A stretch of DNA of 17,571 bases. It comes from a virus. Lineage: Duplodnaviria; Heunggongvirae; Uroviricota; Caudoviricetes. The notes beneath the pieces were generated by a model that saw nothing but the letters and a program-made list of their open reading frames with translations, was not told the DNA's origin and made no database searches. Positions 7,788 through 16,329 of this stretch are shown one piece after another. Where the stretch lies: the IMG/VR virus record IMGVR_UViG_2740892230_000036; one strand, written 5' to 3'. Each line of letters begins with the position of its first letter. Within the stretch, counting starts at the first letter, position 1. Made by a program: the position numbers and the translations under genes.

Positions 7788-8549
7788 ATGTTTGCTTTAT
7801 TAATTATTCCATTACTTGTGAGTGGTTATATTGTATTAACCACTCATCCTTATCATTTCTATAGATTACACCGTTATGATGGGCAGTTGTTATATATGAA
7901 GTCAGCCGCCTTTGGTCTGTGGTGTTTTATATGGACATTGATTATAGCTTACTTAATAAAATGGATATGTCCGAGCTTCCATCCTGTCACGATGGTTCGG
8001 GAACAATTAGATCTCAAACTTAGTGATAATGGTACTGAAAGAATCATAGGATGGATGATTTTACTTTCATGTGGATCGATATTTTTGGCTTGGATATGGA
8101 GTGCCGGTGCTAGATATTTGGTTATATATAGAGCTAAAATTATAAATTATATCCAAGGGGTAAAGGCTGCCAATATTGATTATGAGAATCTTGTCATGCT
8201 AAGGATGAGGCAAGAGCTTATTAATGATAATCCAATGGATGAAATATTTTTTGATTCGTTAGTTGATAGACGTTCAATACTTATTACGTTGCAAAATAAA
8301 AAGACATATGTAGGAATTGTTAACGCATTAGGTGAGCCTAACGAGAAAGAAGGACCTAACCAGTATGTTTCAATCTATCCTATTATCTCTGGGTATAGAG
8401 ATAAGGATTCATTGAAAGTAATCTTGGTGAATGAATATAGAGAACTTGAGGATGCTGATACTAGTATCATCTTTCCACTAAAAGAAATTTCGCAAGTTTC
8501 TTGGTTTGATATGGATATTCATAAAATAGTTGAAAATAATAAGGTGTAG
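7788..8549 (+). CDS. Cargo gene 2: membrane protein with 3 N-terminal TM helices plus ~145-aa C-terminal soluble domain (253 aa), unknown function
   Basis: Hydrophobic stretches FALLIIPLLVSGYIVLTT, AAFGLWCFIWTLIIAYLIKWI and IIGWMILLSCGSIFLAWIWSAGA, followed by a hydrophilic domain. Operonic with the 78-aa gene. Confidence 0.85.
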   Translation: MFALLIIPLLVSGYIVLTTHPYHFYRLHRYDGQLLYMKSAAFGLWCFIWTLIIAYLIKWICPSFHPVTMVREQLDLKLSDNGTERIIGWMILLSCGSIFLAWIWSAGARYLVIYRAKIINYIQGVKAANIDYENLVMLRMRQELINDNPMDEIFFDSLVDRRSILITLQNKKTYVGIVNALGEPNEKEGPNQYVSIYPIISGYRDKDSLKVILVNEYRELEDADTSIIFPLKEISQVSWFDMDIHKIVENNKV

Positions 8550-8552
8550 TAA

Positions 8553-8577
8553 ATGGTCACCTATAAAAGGTGACCAT
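8553..8577. terminator. Bidirectional intrinsic-terminator-like hairpin between the convergent cargo operons
   Basis: Perfect 9-bp stem atggtcacc / ggtgaccat with loop tataaaa, 4 nt after the plus-strand stop (8549) and 6 nt before the minus-strand stop (8583-8585). T-rich tract ttattttt follows on the plus strand; A/T-rich on the other side. Confidence 0.5.
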
Positions 8578-8582
8578 AATGC

Positions 8583-10847
8583 TTATTTTTGACGAATCCT
8601 GATTTTTGGTTGTTCACGAACAACAATATCAGTTTCTTTCCAACCAAGATTATTTATTTCAACCTCGGCTTCGTTGTAGACTGTAGTAGAATTGGCAAGA
8701 GATCTTAACGTAATAGCCAATACAGCACGTTGAGGTGAAGATAGAGGCTCTTGCTCTGCTCGTCTCTGAACATCAAGTTTAAGTCTCCATTGCTCCCCAT
8801 TTATACCTTGCGGAAATTGTTTTCTATAAACTTTGACTGGAGACCATTTGAAGCCATTTTCTATCAGTACCTTTTCAAATAATTCACTCTTTTCTTTTAT
8901 TTGTGGAATTTTTCCGCTATGTATCCATTTAGCGTTAACTGGATCATAAGTGTAAGTCCCGAATGACACATCCACATTAGAACGGCAATATTCAGATGGG
9001 TAGTCATAATCAAGCGGTGGAGAATAAACGAGTGTCATAATAATTTCACCTGTGAATTTTCCATCCTCAGTACGTAATGACTGTGGTATTACAAATGGCG
9101 TTCTACTGAATTCAATACCTTCTCGGGTATCTATTTCAAATAGAAATGTAATCTCATTTTTATTGCAACCAATAATATCATTTATATGATCGCTTGGGCG
9201 TCCAAATCCTTGATAATTAAACGCATAATGCTCCGTTTTGGCTGGTGAGTTTTTTAACGCAGAATGAATTAATAGTGCCTTGATACGTTCAGGCGATGGT
9301 GAAATAGAACCATTAACATCTAGTTCATGCCACAGTGATGCCGCTAAACTTGAGATTAACGGTGCTGATAAACTTGTGCCAATACTTTCGCAAAGAGCAT
9401 TGTCCTCGCCAATAGCTATGATTCCGGTATGTTCACAGTTTAATTTACTGTCACAATTACCTCCAAAGTGATTTATCTCTGGTTTGGGTATAAAGGCTGG
9501 GCCGGGACCTCTTCTAGAAAAAGATGAAGGTTCAAATCTTTTGACCACAGAGTCAGACGATTCTAAATGGGCAACTGAGCCAACAGTTAATGAACGAACA
9601 GAATCTGCGGGGGCTGATATTCTGTCATGCCCACCTAATTCTTGAGGAGGCCAGGTTCGTTGAGGATCATAAATGTAGTTGCCGGATGCTACGACGAAAA
9701 GACAATCATGCTCATCATGAAGTGCATTTAAAAAATGCCCCAATTCAGAGAAGCTGTCTTCAGAACATGGGGATTGACAACCTAATGACAGGTTCCATAC
9801 ACGTACTTCTGGATAGGTGGTCACAGCCTCTCGGATAGCTTTCATTAATTGTGGCAATTTGAGCGTACCATCTTTGGGAAAGGCTGCAACATCAACAATT
9901 TCAGCTTGGCATTGAGGAAAACCAGCATAGTTATTCAACCATCTTCCATTAATTGCTAAACTTGCAACCATGTTCCCATGAGAATAGTCGTGTTCTCCTT
10001 TTACTAAATCTAAACTATCCCAAATCCATGGCCTAAGTATGTTGTTATTGGGATCGACTCCGCTATCTATAATTCCGAGTAGTGGATAATGTTTATCCTC
10101 TTGAGGTAAGGGAAAATCATCTAGGTCTAGAGTTTCAGCAGGAATATATTGCGATACTGTATGAGTAAGACCAAATGTTGGCATAGGTTCTAATTTTCGT
10201 ATGCCAATAAAACTTGCCAGTTGGGCGATGTTATCATTCCCTTTTACTTCATATATACTCAAATCTGAACTGATATCATACTTTTTGGGTTTTTGTATTC
10301 CTAGTTCATCTGCAAATTCCATTAATTCTTTGTCGATACTGCGGTTAGTTGTTCTATCTTTATGGTCAAAGAGTTTCAGAAGAAAACTATCTGATTTATT
10401 TTTATCTATAACATCATGGTTAAGACTAAAAGGTTCGATCTTTTCAATTACAGCAATATGTACTGTCCCATTATGAGAATTAGTGCTATTTTCAATTTTT
10501 TTGCGAAGTTGTGCTAACCCTTTTTCAGTAACACTTATAAGTAATTCTCCAAAATTATCACTGCCTATTACGGGACATGTATTATCACCTAATAGGCTTG
10601 ATGGGCGATGTGACTTAGCAAGAGCTTTTTCATGAAGAGTAACTCTAGCCACCGCCGGTATATTGGGCCATTTTTTAAATGAGCTCTGGAAAAAATTTTT
10701 AACGTCATCGACTTCTTGTTTGAGTCTATTTTTTAGACTAGTTGTTACTGTTCGGATAGGTTGTTTCTTTCCGAAATTATATGTTTTTTCAGTAAAATCT
10801 TGAGGTGTCGCCTCAATTATTTTTATTGGTCTTTCTTTGTTACTCAT
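8583..10847 (-). CDS. Cargo gene 4: subtilisin-like serine protease (peptidase S8), 754 aa, with uncharacterised N- and C-terminal extensions; IetS-like
   Basis: Catalytic motifs in canonical order: Asp (…LLGIIDSGVD…, ~D261), His (…DYSHGNMVASLA…, ~H290), oxyanion Asn (…VVASGNY…), Ser (…IGTSLSAPL…, ~S492; codon at 9372-9374). Start ATG overlaps the ATPase stop (ATGA). Confidence 0.88.
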   Translation of the reverse strand: MSNKERPIKIIEATPQDFTEKTYNFGKKQPIRTVTTSLKNRLKQEVDDVKNFFQSSFKKWPNIPAVARVTLHEKALAKSHRPSSLLGDNTCPVIGSDNFGELLISVTEKGLAQLRKKIENSTNSHNGTVHIAVIEKIEPFSLNHDVIDKNKSDSFLLKLFDHKDRTTNRSIDKELMEFADELGIQKPKKYDISSDLSIYEVKGNDNIAQLASFIGIRKLEPMPTFGLTHTVSQYIPAETLDLDDFPLPQEDKHYPLLGIIDSGVDPNNNILRPWIWDSLDLVKGEHDYSHGNMVASLAINGRWLNNYAGFPQCQAEIVDVAAFPKDGTLKLPQLMKAIREAVTTYPEVRVWNLSLGCQSPCSEDSFSELGHFLNALHDEHDCLFVVASGNYIYDPQRTWPPQELGGHDRISAPADSVRSLTVGSVAHLESSDSVVKRFEPSSFSRRGPGPAFIPKPEINHFGGNCDSKLNCEHTGIIAIGEDNALCESIGTSLSAPLISSLAASLWHELDVNGSISPSPERIKALLIHSALKNSPAKTEHYAFNYQGFGRPSDHINDIIGCNKNEITFLFEIDTREGIEFSRTPFVIPQSLRTEDGKFTGEIIMTLVYSPPLDYDYPSEYCRSNVDVSFGTYTYDPVNAKWIHSGKIPQIKEKSELFEKVLIENGFKWSPVKVYRKQFPQGINGEQWRLKLDVQRRAEQEPLSSPQRAVLAITLRSLANSTTVYNEAEVEINNLGWKETDIVVREQPKIRIRQK

Positions 10848-12007
10848 AATATCTCTCTATAGTTCTTAGTTAGCCTTGACACTTTAGCATTTGAAAGCCC
10901 TAGTATTTTTGCTATCTTTCGTATTGTAAATCTTTTGGGATTGTATTCTCTGAGAGTGGTCACAATCTTTATAAGTAAATTATCTTCTTCATCAAATGTA
11001 ACTCCCTTCGCTTCTAAGATAGCCTCGACTAAAAATCGGGTATCGATTTGTTTATTATTGTAAACCAGAGCATGTCGCTCAGATCTTAAGCAGCATTGTT
11101 CTATAAATGAGCAGTTTAGCCCTGAGGATATTTCCGCAAGGTCATCAACAAAATCGTCATATGTGGCTTTTATGTTTGAATATTGTTCAAATAGTTGTTT
11201 TCTGACTTCAAAATCAGGCAATCCAATAGATATTCTATACTCAAAGCGCCTCCAAACTGCGCTATCTAGAAGATTTTCATGATTACTTGCAGCAATCAAT
11301 ATTGTTTCTTCAGGTAGATTGTCAATATTTTGCAATAAAGAAACCACCACCCTCTTCAGTTCACCTAACTCATGCTGATCATCTCTAGCCTTTGCTAGAG
11401 AATCTAGTTCATCTAGAAATAAAACACATGGTGCTTTACTTGCATACTCAAATAGCTGCCTGATATTTTTAGAAGTAGACCCCAGATATGATGAGACTAA
11501 GGAGTCACATCTTGCAGTAAGAAGCGGTAAATTTAGACAGGATGCAATATATTTTGATGTCAAGGTTTTACCACAACCTGGTGGCCCATATAAAATCATA
11601 GAGGATGTCACGCCAAGACCGGCATCCTTTAATTCTTTAGCTCGTTCAGTGAAAGTCAAAAATTCTTTAATTTTTTTCAGAGTGCTATCTTTCAACAATG
11701 GGAGTTGAATTTCAGAAGACGGTTGAGTTACGTCTGCTAAATCAAATTTAGTTTCTTTATCTACAGGTAATGTATCAAGACGTTCAAAAATAGGTGATGT
11801 ACTACGTGATACTTTCTGCAAGTTAAACGTGTTTTTATCTTGAATACTGCCTCTAATGGCTGAAGCAAGCTCAGGCAGCCCCATAGAATCATAGGAACGC
11901 GCGAGTTTCGAAGCCTGCCGAACAAAAGCAACTTTATCCCCTTTGAGTCCAAGACTGATAAGCTGCGAAAGTATCTCGTTTGTGGTCATTTGTGATACAA
12001 ACCTCAT
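10844..12007 (-). CDS. Cargo gene 3: AAA+ ATPase (387 aa) with C-terminal HTH-like tail; IetA-like
   Basis: Walker A …ILYGPPGCGKTL… (K~147), Walker B …CVLFLDELDSL…, sensor-1 …IAASN…, Arg-finger region …VWRRF…. C-terminus …IRKIAKILGLSNAKVSRLTKNY… resembles a helix-turn-helix. Alternative start at Met7 (11989). Confidence 0.88.
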   Translation of the reverse strand: MRFVSQMTTNEILSQLISLGLKGDKVAFVRQASKLARSYDSMGLPELASAIRGSIQDKNTFNLQKVSRSTSPIFERLDTLPVDKETKFDLADVTQPSSEIQLPLLKDSTLKKIKEFLTFTERAKELKDAGLGVTSSMILYGPPGCGKTLTSKYIASCLNLPLLTARCDSLVSSYLGSTSKNIRQLFEYASKAPCVLFLDELDSLAKARDDQHELGELKRVVVSLLQNIDNLPEETILIAASNHENLLDSAVWRRFEYRISIGLPDFEVRKQLFEQYSNIKATYDDFVDDLAEISSGLNCSFIEQCCLRSERHALVYNNKQIDTRFLVEAILEAKGVTFDEEDNLLIKIVTTLREYNPKRFTIRKIAKILGLSNAKVSRLTKNYREIL

Positions 12008-12248
12008 TAATCTGTTGTCTAAATGGCTTATAGGTGAGACAAATTTCTATTTTAATGTAGTTTATATGTATTTTGGTGAAACGAACACTATGTTTTACAT
12101 AAATCTTTCAGGTTTGGAGTTCTTGGAGGGCATAGAGTTGCATCAATTTGCATTCTAATTAGACTTTTTTATTGCTATCGTATTCTACATGTGACTAGGT
12201 CTGCCCTTCCTGATGCGTTTGCATTAAAACCGCCCCATGAAGCGGGCG

Positions 12249-12267
12249 GGCGAGGCGGGGAAAGCAC
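12249..12267. other. P2 cos (19-nt cohesive-end sequence)
   Basis: ggcgaggcggggaaagcac matches the P2 cohesive end as I recall it, and sits between the cargo and Q exactly where cos lies in an integrated P2. Confidence 0.8.
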
Positions 12268-12409
12268 TGCGCGCTGGCGGTGGTGCTGATTTTATTTTTT
12301 CAGCGTCTGAGCGCGTCGTGACGGCGTTTAGATTGTGCACCGGGGCGTTGGTGTGTTTGCGGGGTGTTTTGTGCGGTGGTGAGCGTGTGAGGGCGTGATG
12401 ACGGGATGT

Positions 12410-12431
12410 AAAAAAGCCGCCCGCAGGCGGC
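12410..12431 (-). terminator. Intrinsic terminator after Q (end of the leftward P-Q late transcript)
   Basis: Minus-strand GC hairpin gccgcc-tgcg-ggcggc (12416-12431) followed by TTTTTT (plus-strand A-run 12410-12415), 5 nt after the Q stop. Confidence 0.65.
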
Positions 12432-12436
12432 AATGT

Positions 12437-13471
12437 TCAGTCGTTGTCAGTGTCCAGTGAGTAGTTTTTAAAGCGGATGACCTCCTGACCGAGCCAGCCG
12501 TTTATTTCCCGAATCCTGTCCTGTAACGGGATAAGCTCATTGCGGACAAAGACCTTTGCCACTTTCTCAATATCACCCAGCGCCCCGACGTTCTCCGGCT
12601 TGCCGCCCATCAACTGAAAGGGGATGCGGTGCGCGTCCAGCAGGTCTGCGGCACTGGCTTTTTTGATATTAAAAAAATCGTCCTTCGTCGCCACTTCACT
12701 GAGCGGGATAATTTTAATGCCGTCGGCTTTCCCTTGTGGGGCATAGAGAAACAGATTTTTAAAGTTGTTGCGGCCTTTCGACTTCACCATGTTTTCGCGA
12801 AGCATTTCGATATCGTTGCGATCCTGCACGGCATCGGTGACGTACATGATGTATCCGGCATGTGCGCCGTTTTCGTAATACTTGCGGCGGAACAGCGTGG
12901 CTGATTCATTCAGCCAGGCAGAGTTAAGGGCGCTGAGATATTCCGGCAGGCCGTACAGCTCCTGATTAATATCCGGCTCCAGCAGGTGAAACACGGAGCC
13001 GGGCGCGAAAGGTGTCGGCTCGTTGAAGGACGGCACCCACCAGTAAACATCCTCCTCCACGCCACGGCGGGTATATTTTGCCGGTGAGGTTTCCAGTCTG
13101 ATGACCTTACCGGTGGTGCTGTAACGCTTTTCCAGAAACGCATTACCGAACACCAGAAAATCCAGCACAAAGCGGCTGAAATCCTGCTGGGAAAGCCACG
13201 GGTGCGGGATAAACGTTGAAGCCAGAATATTACGTTTGACGTAAATCGGTGAACTGTGATACACGGCAGCACGCAGACTTTTTGCCAGACCGGTAAAGCT
13301 GACCGGCGGCTCATACCATCTGCCGTTACTGATGCATTCGACGTAATCCAGAATGTCACGGCGGTCGAGTACCGGCACCGGCTCACCAAAGGTGAATGCC
13401 TCCATTTTCGGGGCGCTGGCGGTCATTGTTTTTGCCGCAGGTCGCGGTGTTTTCCCTTTTTTCTTGCTCAT
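12437..13471 (-). CDS. Q: Portal protein Q, 344 aa
   Basis: 344-aa ORF of P2 Q length; sequence recognised as the P2 capsid portal; start overlaps the P stop. Confidence 0.93.
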   Translation of the reverse strand: MSKKKGKTPRPAAKTMTASAPKMEAFTFGEPVPVLDRRDILDYVECISNGRWYEPPVSFTGLAKSLRAAVYHSSPIYVKRNILASTFIPHPWLSQQDFSRFVLDFLVFGNAFLEKRYSTTGKVIRLETSPAKYTRRGVEEDVYWWVPSFNEPTPFAPGSVFHLLEPDINQELYGLPEYLSALNSAWLNESATLFRRKYYENGAHAGYIMYVTDAVQDRNDIEMLRENMVKSKGRNNFKNLFLYAPQGKADGIKIIPLSEVATKDDFFNIKKASAADLLDAHRIPFQLMGGKPENVGALGDIEKVAKVFVRNELIPLQDRIREINGWLGQEVIRFKNYSLDTDND

Positions 13472-15243
13472 CAGTAAAACTCCAGAATGGTGGATGTCAG
13501 CGGGGTGCTGATACCGGCGGTGAGTGGCTCATTTAACAGGGCGTGCATGGTCGCCCAGGCGAGGTCGGCGTGGCTGGCTTCCTCGCTGCGGCTGGCCTCA
13601 TAGGTGGCGCTGCGTCCGCTGCTGGTCATGGTCTTGCGGATAGCCATAAACGAGCTGGTGATGTCGGTGGCGCTGACGTCATATTCCAGACAGCCACGGC
13701 GGATAACGTCTTTTGCCTTGAGCACCATTGCGGTTTTCATTTCCGGCGTGTAGCGGATGTCGCGCGCGGCGGGATAGAACGAGCGAACGAGCTGGAACAC
13801 GCCGACACCGAGGCCGGTGGCATCAATTCCGATGTATTCGACGTTGTATTTTTCGGTGAGTTTGCGGATGGATTCAGCCTGGGTGGCAAAGTCCATGCCT
13901 TTCCACTGGTGACGCTCAAGTATTCTGAATTTGCCACCGGCCACCACCGGCGGTGCCAGCACCACGCATCCGGCACTGTCGCCACGGTGTGACGGGTCGT
14001 AACCAATCCATACCGGGCGGGAGCCGAACGGATTCGCGGCAAACGGCGCATAGTCTTCCCATTCTTCCAGCGTGTCGACCATGCAGCGTTGCAGCTCCTC
14101 GAACGGGAACACCGACGCCTTGTCGTCAACAAATTCACACATGAACAGGTTTTTAAAATCGTCGGCGCTGTTTTCACGTTTGAGCTGCTCAATGTCGAAC
14201 AGCGTGCAGCCACCTTTCAGGGCGTCCTCAATGGTGACAATCTGCCGCCACTGGCCGTCCGCACAGAGAAGCCCCCCGGCAAGGGCGTTATGACTGACGT
14301 CGATTTCCACGCGTTCGGCGGCGCTGGCGCGTCCCCGGTTGAACAGTTCACCCGACCAGAATGGGTAGGCGTCGTGCGCCAGCGTGGACGGGGTGGAGAA
14401 ATAGGTCGAGCGCAGGTGGCTCTGTGAGGCCATACCTGATGCCACCTTACGCAGTACCTGAAAATTCGGGATCCAGAAAATCTCGTCGACGTACAGGTCG
14501 CCGTTATGGCTCTGTGCGGTGTTGGAGTTGGTGCCGAGAAAAATCAGTTTTGCGCCGTTATTGCCCAGGACAATCGGGTCACCGGTCAGGTCAACGTCAA
14601 CCAGCCGGGCAAAGGCGATGATGTATTCGCGGAACACATACGCCTGCGTTTTACTGGCCGACAGAAAAATCTGGTTATGACCGGTTTTCAGGGCGCGCAG
14701 CAGCGCCTCGCGGGAAAAATAAAACGTCGCGCCAATCTGGCGGGATTTCAGGATATCGCGGATGCGGTGCTCAAGCCCGGCGCGATACCAGTGCAACTGA
14801 TAGTCGAAAGACTGCTCAAAGAAAATCTGCTCCAGCTTTTCGATGGCCTCGTCACTGAAAAAATTCTTTTTCGGTTTGCGACGCCCGCCTTTGTTGCGGT
14901 TAGCGACGTTCGGATTAAGGTCTGCCTCGTTGCCGGTCTGACTGTAGCGGTTTACCCGTGCCAGTCGTTCAATCTGGCGTCCGAGCAGGTCAATTTCCTT
15001 GAAGTCACCGCCGGTTTTCTGCGGTTTGATGATGAGCTGGGTCAGCCGCGCTTCCAGACTCATTTCGACACGGCTGATGGGGGCAACGCTGTCCCAGCCG
15101 TCGCGCTGTTTCCAGCTCTGCACCGTCGGGCGTTTCATCTGCAACATGGCGGCAATCTGCGGCACGGAAAATCCCTGCCAGTACAGCAGCGCCGCCTGAC
15201 GACGCGGGTCGTGTAAAAGAGTGGTGTCTGTGGTGATGGTCAT
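13471..15243 (-). CDS. P: Terminase large subunit (ATPase) P, 590 aa
   Basis: ORF track 13471-15273; ATG at 15241-15243 with a GAGG SD gives 590 aa, the P2 P length. Confidence 0.92.
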   Translation of the reverse strand: MTITTDTTLLHDPRRQAALLYWQGFSVPQIAAMLQMKRPTVQSWKQRDGWDSVAPISRVEMSLEARLTQLIIKPQKTGGDFKEIDLLGRQIERLARVNRYSQTGNEADLNPNVANRNKGGRRKPKKNFFSDEAIEKLEQIFFEQSFDYQLHWYRAGLEHRIRDILKSRQIGATFYFSREALLRALKTGHNQIFLSASKTQAYVFREYIIAFARLVDVDLTGDPIVLGNNGAKLIFLGTNSNTAQSHNGDLYVDEIFWIPNFQVLRKVASGMASQSHLRSTYFSTPSTLAHDAYPFWSGELFNRGRASAAERVEIDVSHNALAGGLLCADGQWRQIVTIEDALKGGCTLFDIEQLKRENSADDFKNLFMCEFVDDKASVFPFEELQRCMVDTLEEWEDYAPFAANPFGSRPVWIGYDPSHRGDSAGCVVLAPPVVAGGKFRILERHQWKGMDFATQAESIRKLTEKYNVEYIGIDATGLGVGVFQLVRSFYPAARDIRYTPEMKTAMVLKAKDVIRRGCLEYDVSATDITSSFMAIRKTMTSSGRSATYEASRSEEASHADLAWATMHALLNEPLTAGISTPLTSTILEFY

Positions 15244-15416
15244 GAATACCTCGCCGTGATGAATACACGGCAAGGCTACTGAGTCGCGCCCCGCGATTCG
15301 CTAAGGTGCTGTTGTGTCAGTGATAAGCCATCCGGGACTGATGGCGGAGGATGCGTATCGTCGGGAAACTGATGCCGACATGTGACTCCTCTAATCACTA
15401 TTCAGGACTCCTGACA
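15244..15416. promoter_or_regulatory. Divergent late-promoter region between P (leftward) and O (rightward)
   Basis: 173-bp intergenic region between divergently oriented late operons. In P2 these are Ogr-activated late promoters. No exact TGT-N12-ACA dyad was found by eye, so individual elements are not called. Confidence 0.4.
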
Positions 15417-16271
15417 ATGGCAAAAAAAGTCTCAAAATTCTTTCGTATCGGCGTTGAGGGTGACACCTGTGACGGGCGTGTCATCAGTGCGCAGGATATT
15501 CAGGAAATGGCCGAAACCTTTGACCCGCGAGTCTATGGTTGCCGCATTAACCTGGAACATCTGCGCGGCATCCTGCCTGACGGTATTTTTAAGCGTTATG
15601 GCGATGTGGTCGAACTGAAGGCCGAAAAGATTGACGATGATTCGGCGCTGAAAGGCAAATGGGCGCTGTTTGCGAAAATCACCCCGACCGATGACCTTAT
15701 CGCGATGAACAAGGCCGCGCAGAAGGTCTACACCTCAATGGAAATTCAGCCGAACTTTGCCAACACCGGCAAATGTTATCTGGTGGGGCTGGCCGTCACC
15801 GATGACCCGGCAAGCCTCGGCACGGAATACCTGGAATTCTGCCGCACGGCAAAACACAACCCCCTGAACCGCTTCAAATTAAGCCCTGAAAACCTGATTT
15901 CAGTGGCAACGCCCGTTGAGCTGGAATTTGAAGACCTGCCTGAAACCGTGTTCACCGCCCTGACCGAAAAGGTGAAGTCCATTTTTGGCCGCAAACAGGC
16001 CAGCGATGATGCCCGTCTGAATGACGTGCATGAAGCGGTGACCGCTGTTGCTGAACATGTGCAGGAAAAACTGAGCGCCACTGAGCAGCGCCTCGCTGAG
16101 ATGGAAACCGCCTTTTCCGCACTTAAGCAGGAGGTGACTGACAGGGCGGATGAAACCAGCCAGGCATTCACCCGCCTGAAAAACAGTCTCGACCACACCG
16201 AAAGTCTGACCCAGCAGCGCCGCAGCAAGGCCACCGGTGGTGGCGGTGACGCCCTGATGACGAACTGCTGA
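15417..16271 (+). CDS. O: Capsid scaffolding protein O, 284 aa
   Basis: ORF track 15351-16271; ATG at 15417 (MAKKVSKFF…) gives 284 aa, the P2 O length. Confidence 0.9.
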   Translation: MAKKVSKFFRIGVEGDTCDGRVISAQDIQEMAETFDPRVYGCRINLEHLRGILPDGIFKRYGDVVELKAEKIDDDSALKGKWALFAKITPTDDLIAMNKAAQKVYTSMEIQPNFANTGKCYLVGLAVTDDPASLGTEYLEFCRTAKHNPLNRFKLSPENLISVATPVELEFEDLPETVFTALTEKVKSIFGRKQASDDARLNDVHEAVTAVAEHVQEKLSATEQRLAEMETAFSALKQEVTDRADETSQAFTRLKNSLDHTESLTQQRRSKATGGGGDALMTNC

Positions 16272-16329
16272 CCGGTGTCAGTCAGTCCGGGAAAACCTTC
16301 ACGATTAACCCTTAATTTCAGGAAAAACT

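Noticed and set aside
12008-12200. Precise -35/-10 for the ATPase-protease operon promoter
   Set aside because: The AT-rich leader offers many weak hexamers (for example a minus-strand TATAAA at 12061-12066) but none with a convincing -35 at 16-18 bp; left uncalled.
12224-12433. 69-aa minus-strand ORF in the GC-rich segment around cos
   Set aside because: It spans the cos site and the Q terminator hairpin, has no SD, and its composition (Pro/Ala/Arg-rich) is typical of a chance frame in GC-rich non-coding DNA.
12910-13389. 159-aa minus-strand ORF inside Q in another frame
   Set aside because: Alternative-frame overlap within the Q coding region; Cys/Arg/Trp-rich composition typical of an off-frame translation.
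13543-15216. Several plus-strand ORFs (for example 13543-13992, 14089-14427, 14506-15216) antisense to P
   Set aside because: They lie wholly inside the well-supported P gene on the opposite strand; long antisense frames are expected in GC-rich coding DNA.
15244-15273. Upstream start for P at 15273 (600 aa)
   Set aside because: Internal ATG at 15243 has a GAGG SD and yields the expected 590 aa; the upstream codons would lie in the divergent promoter region.
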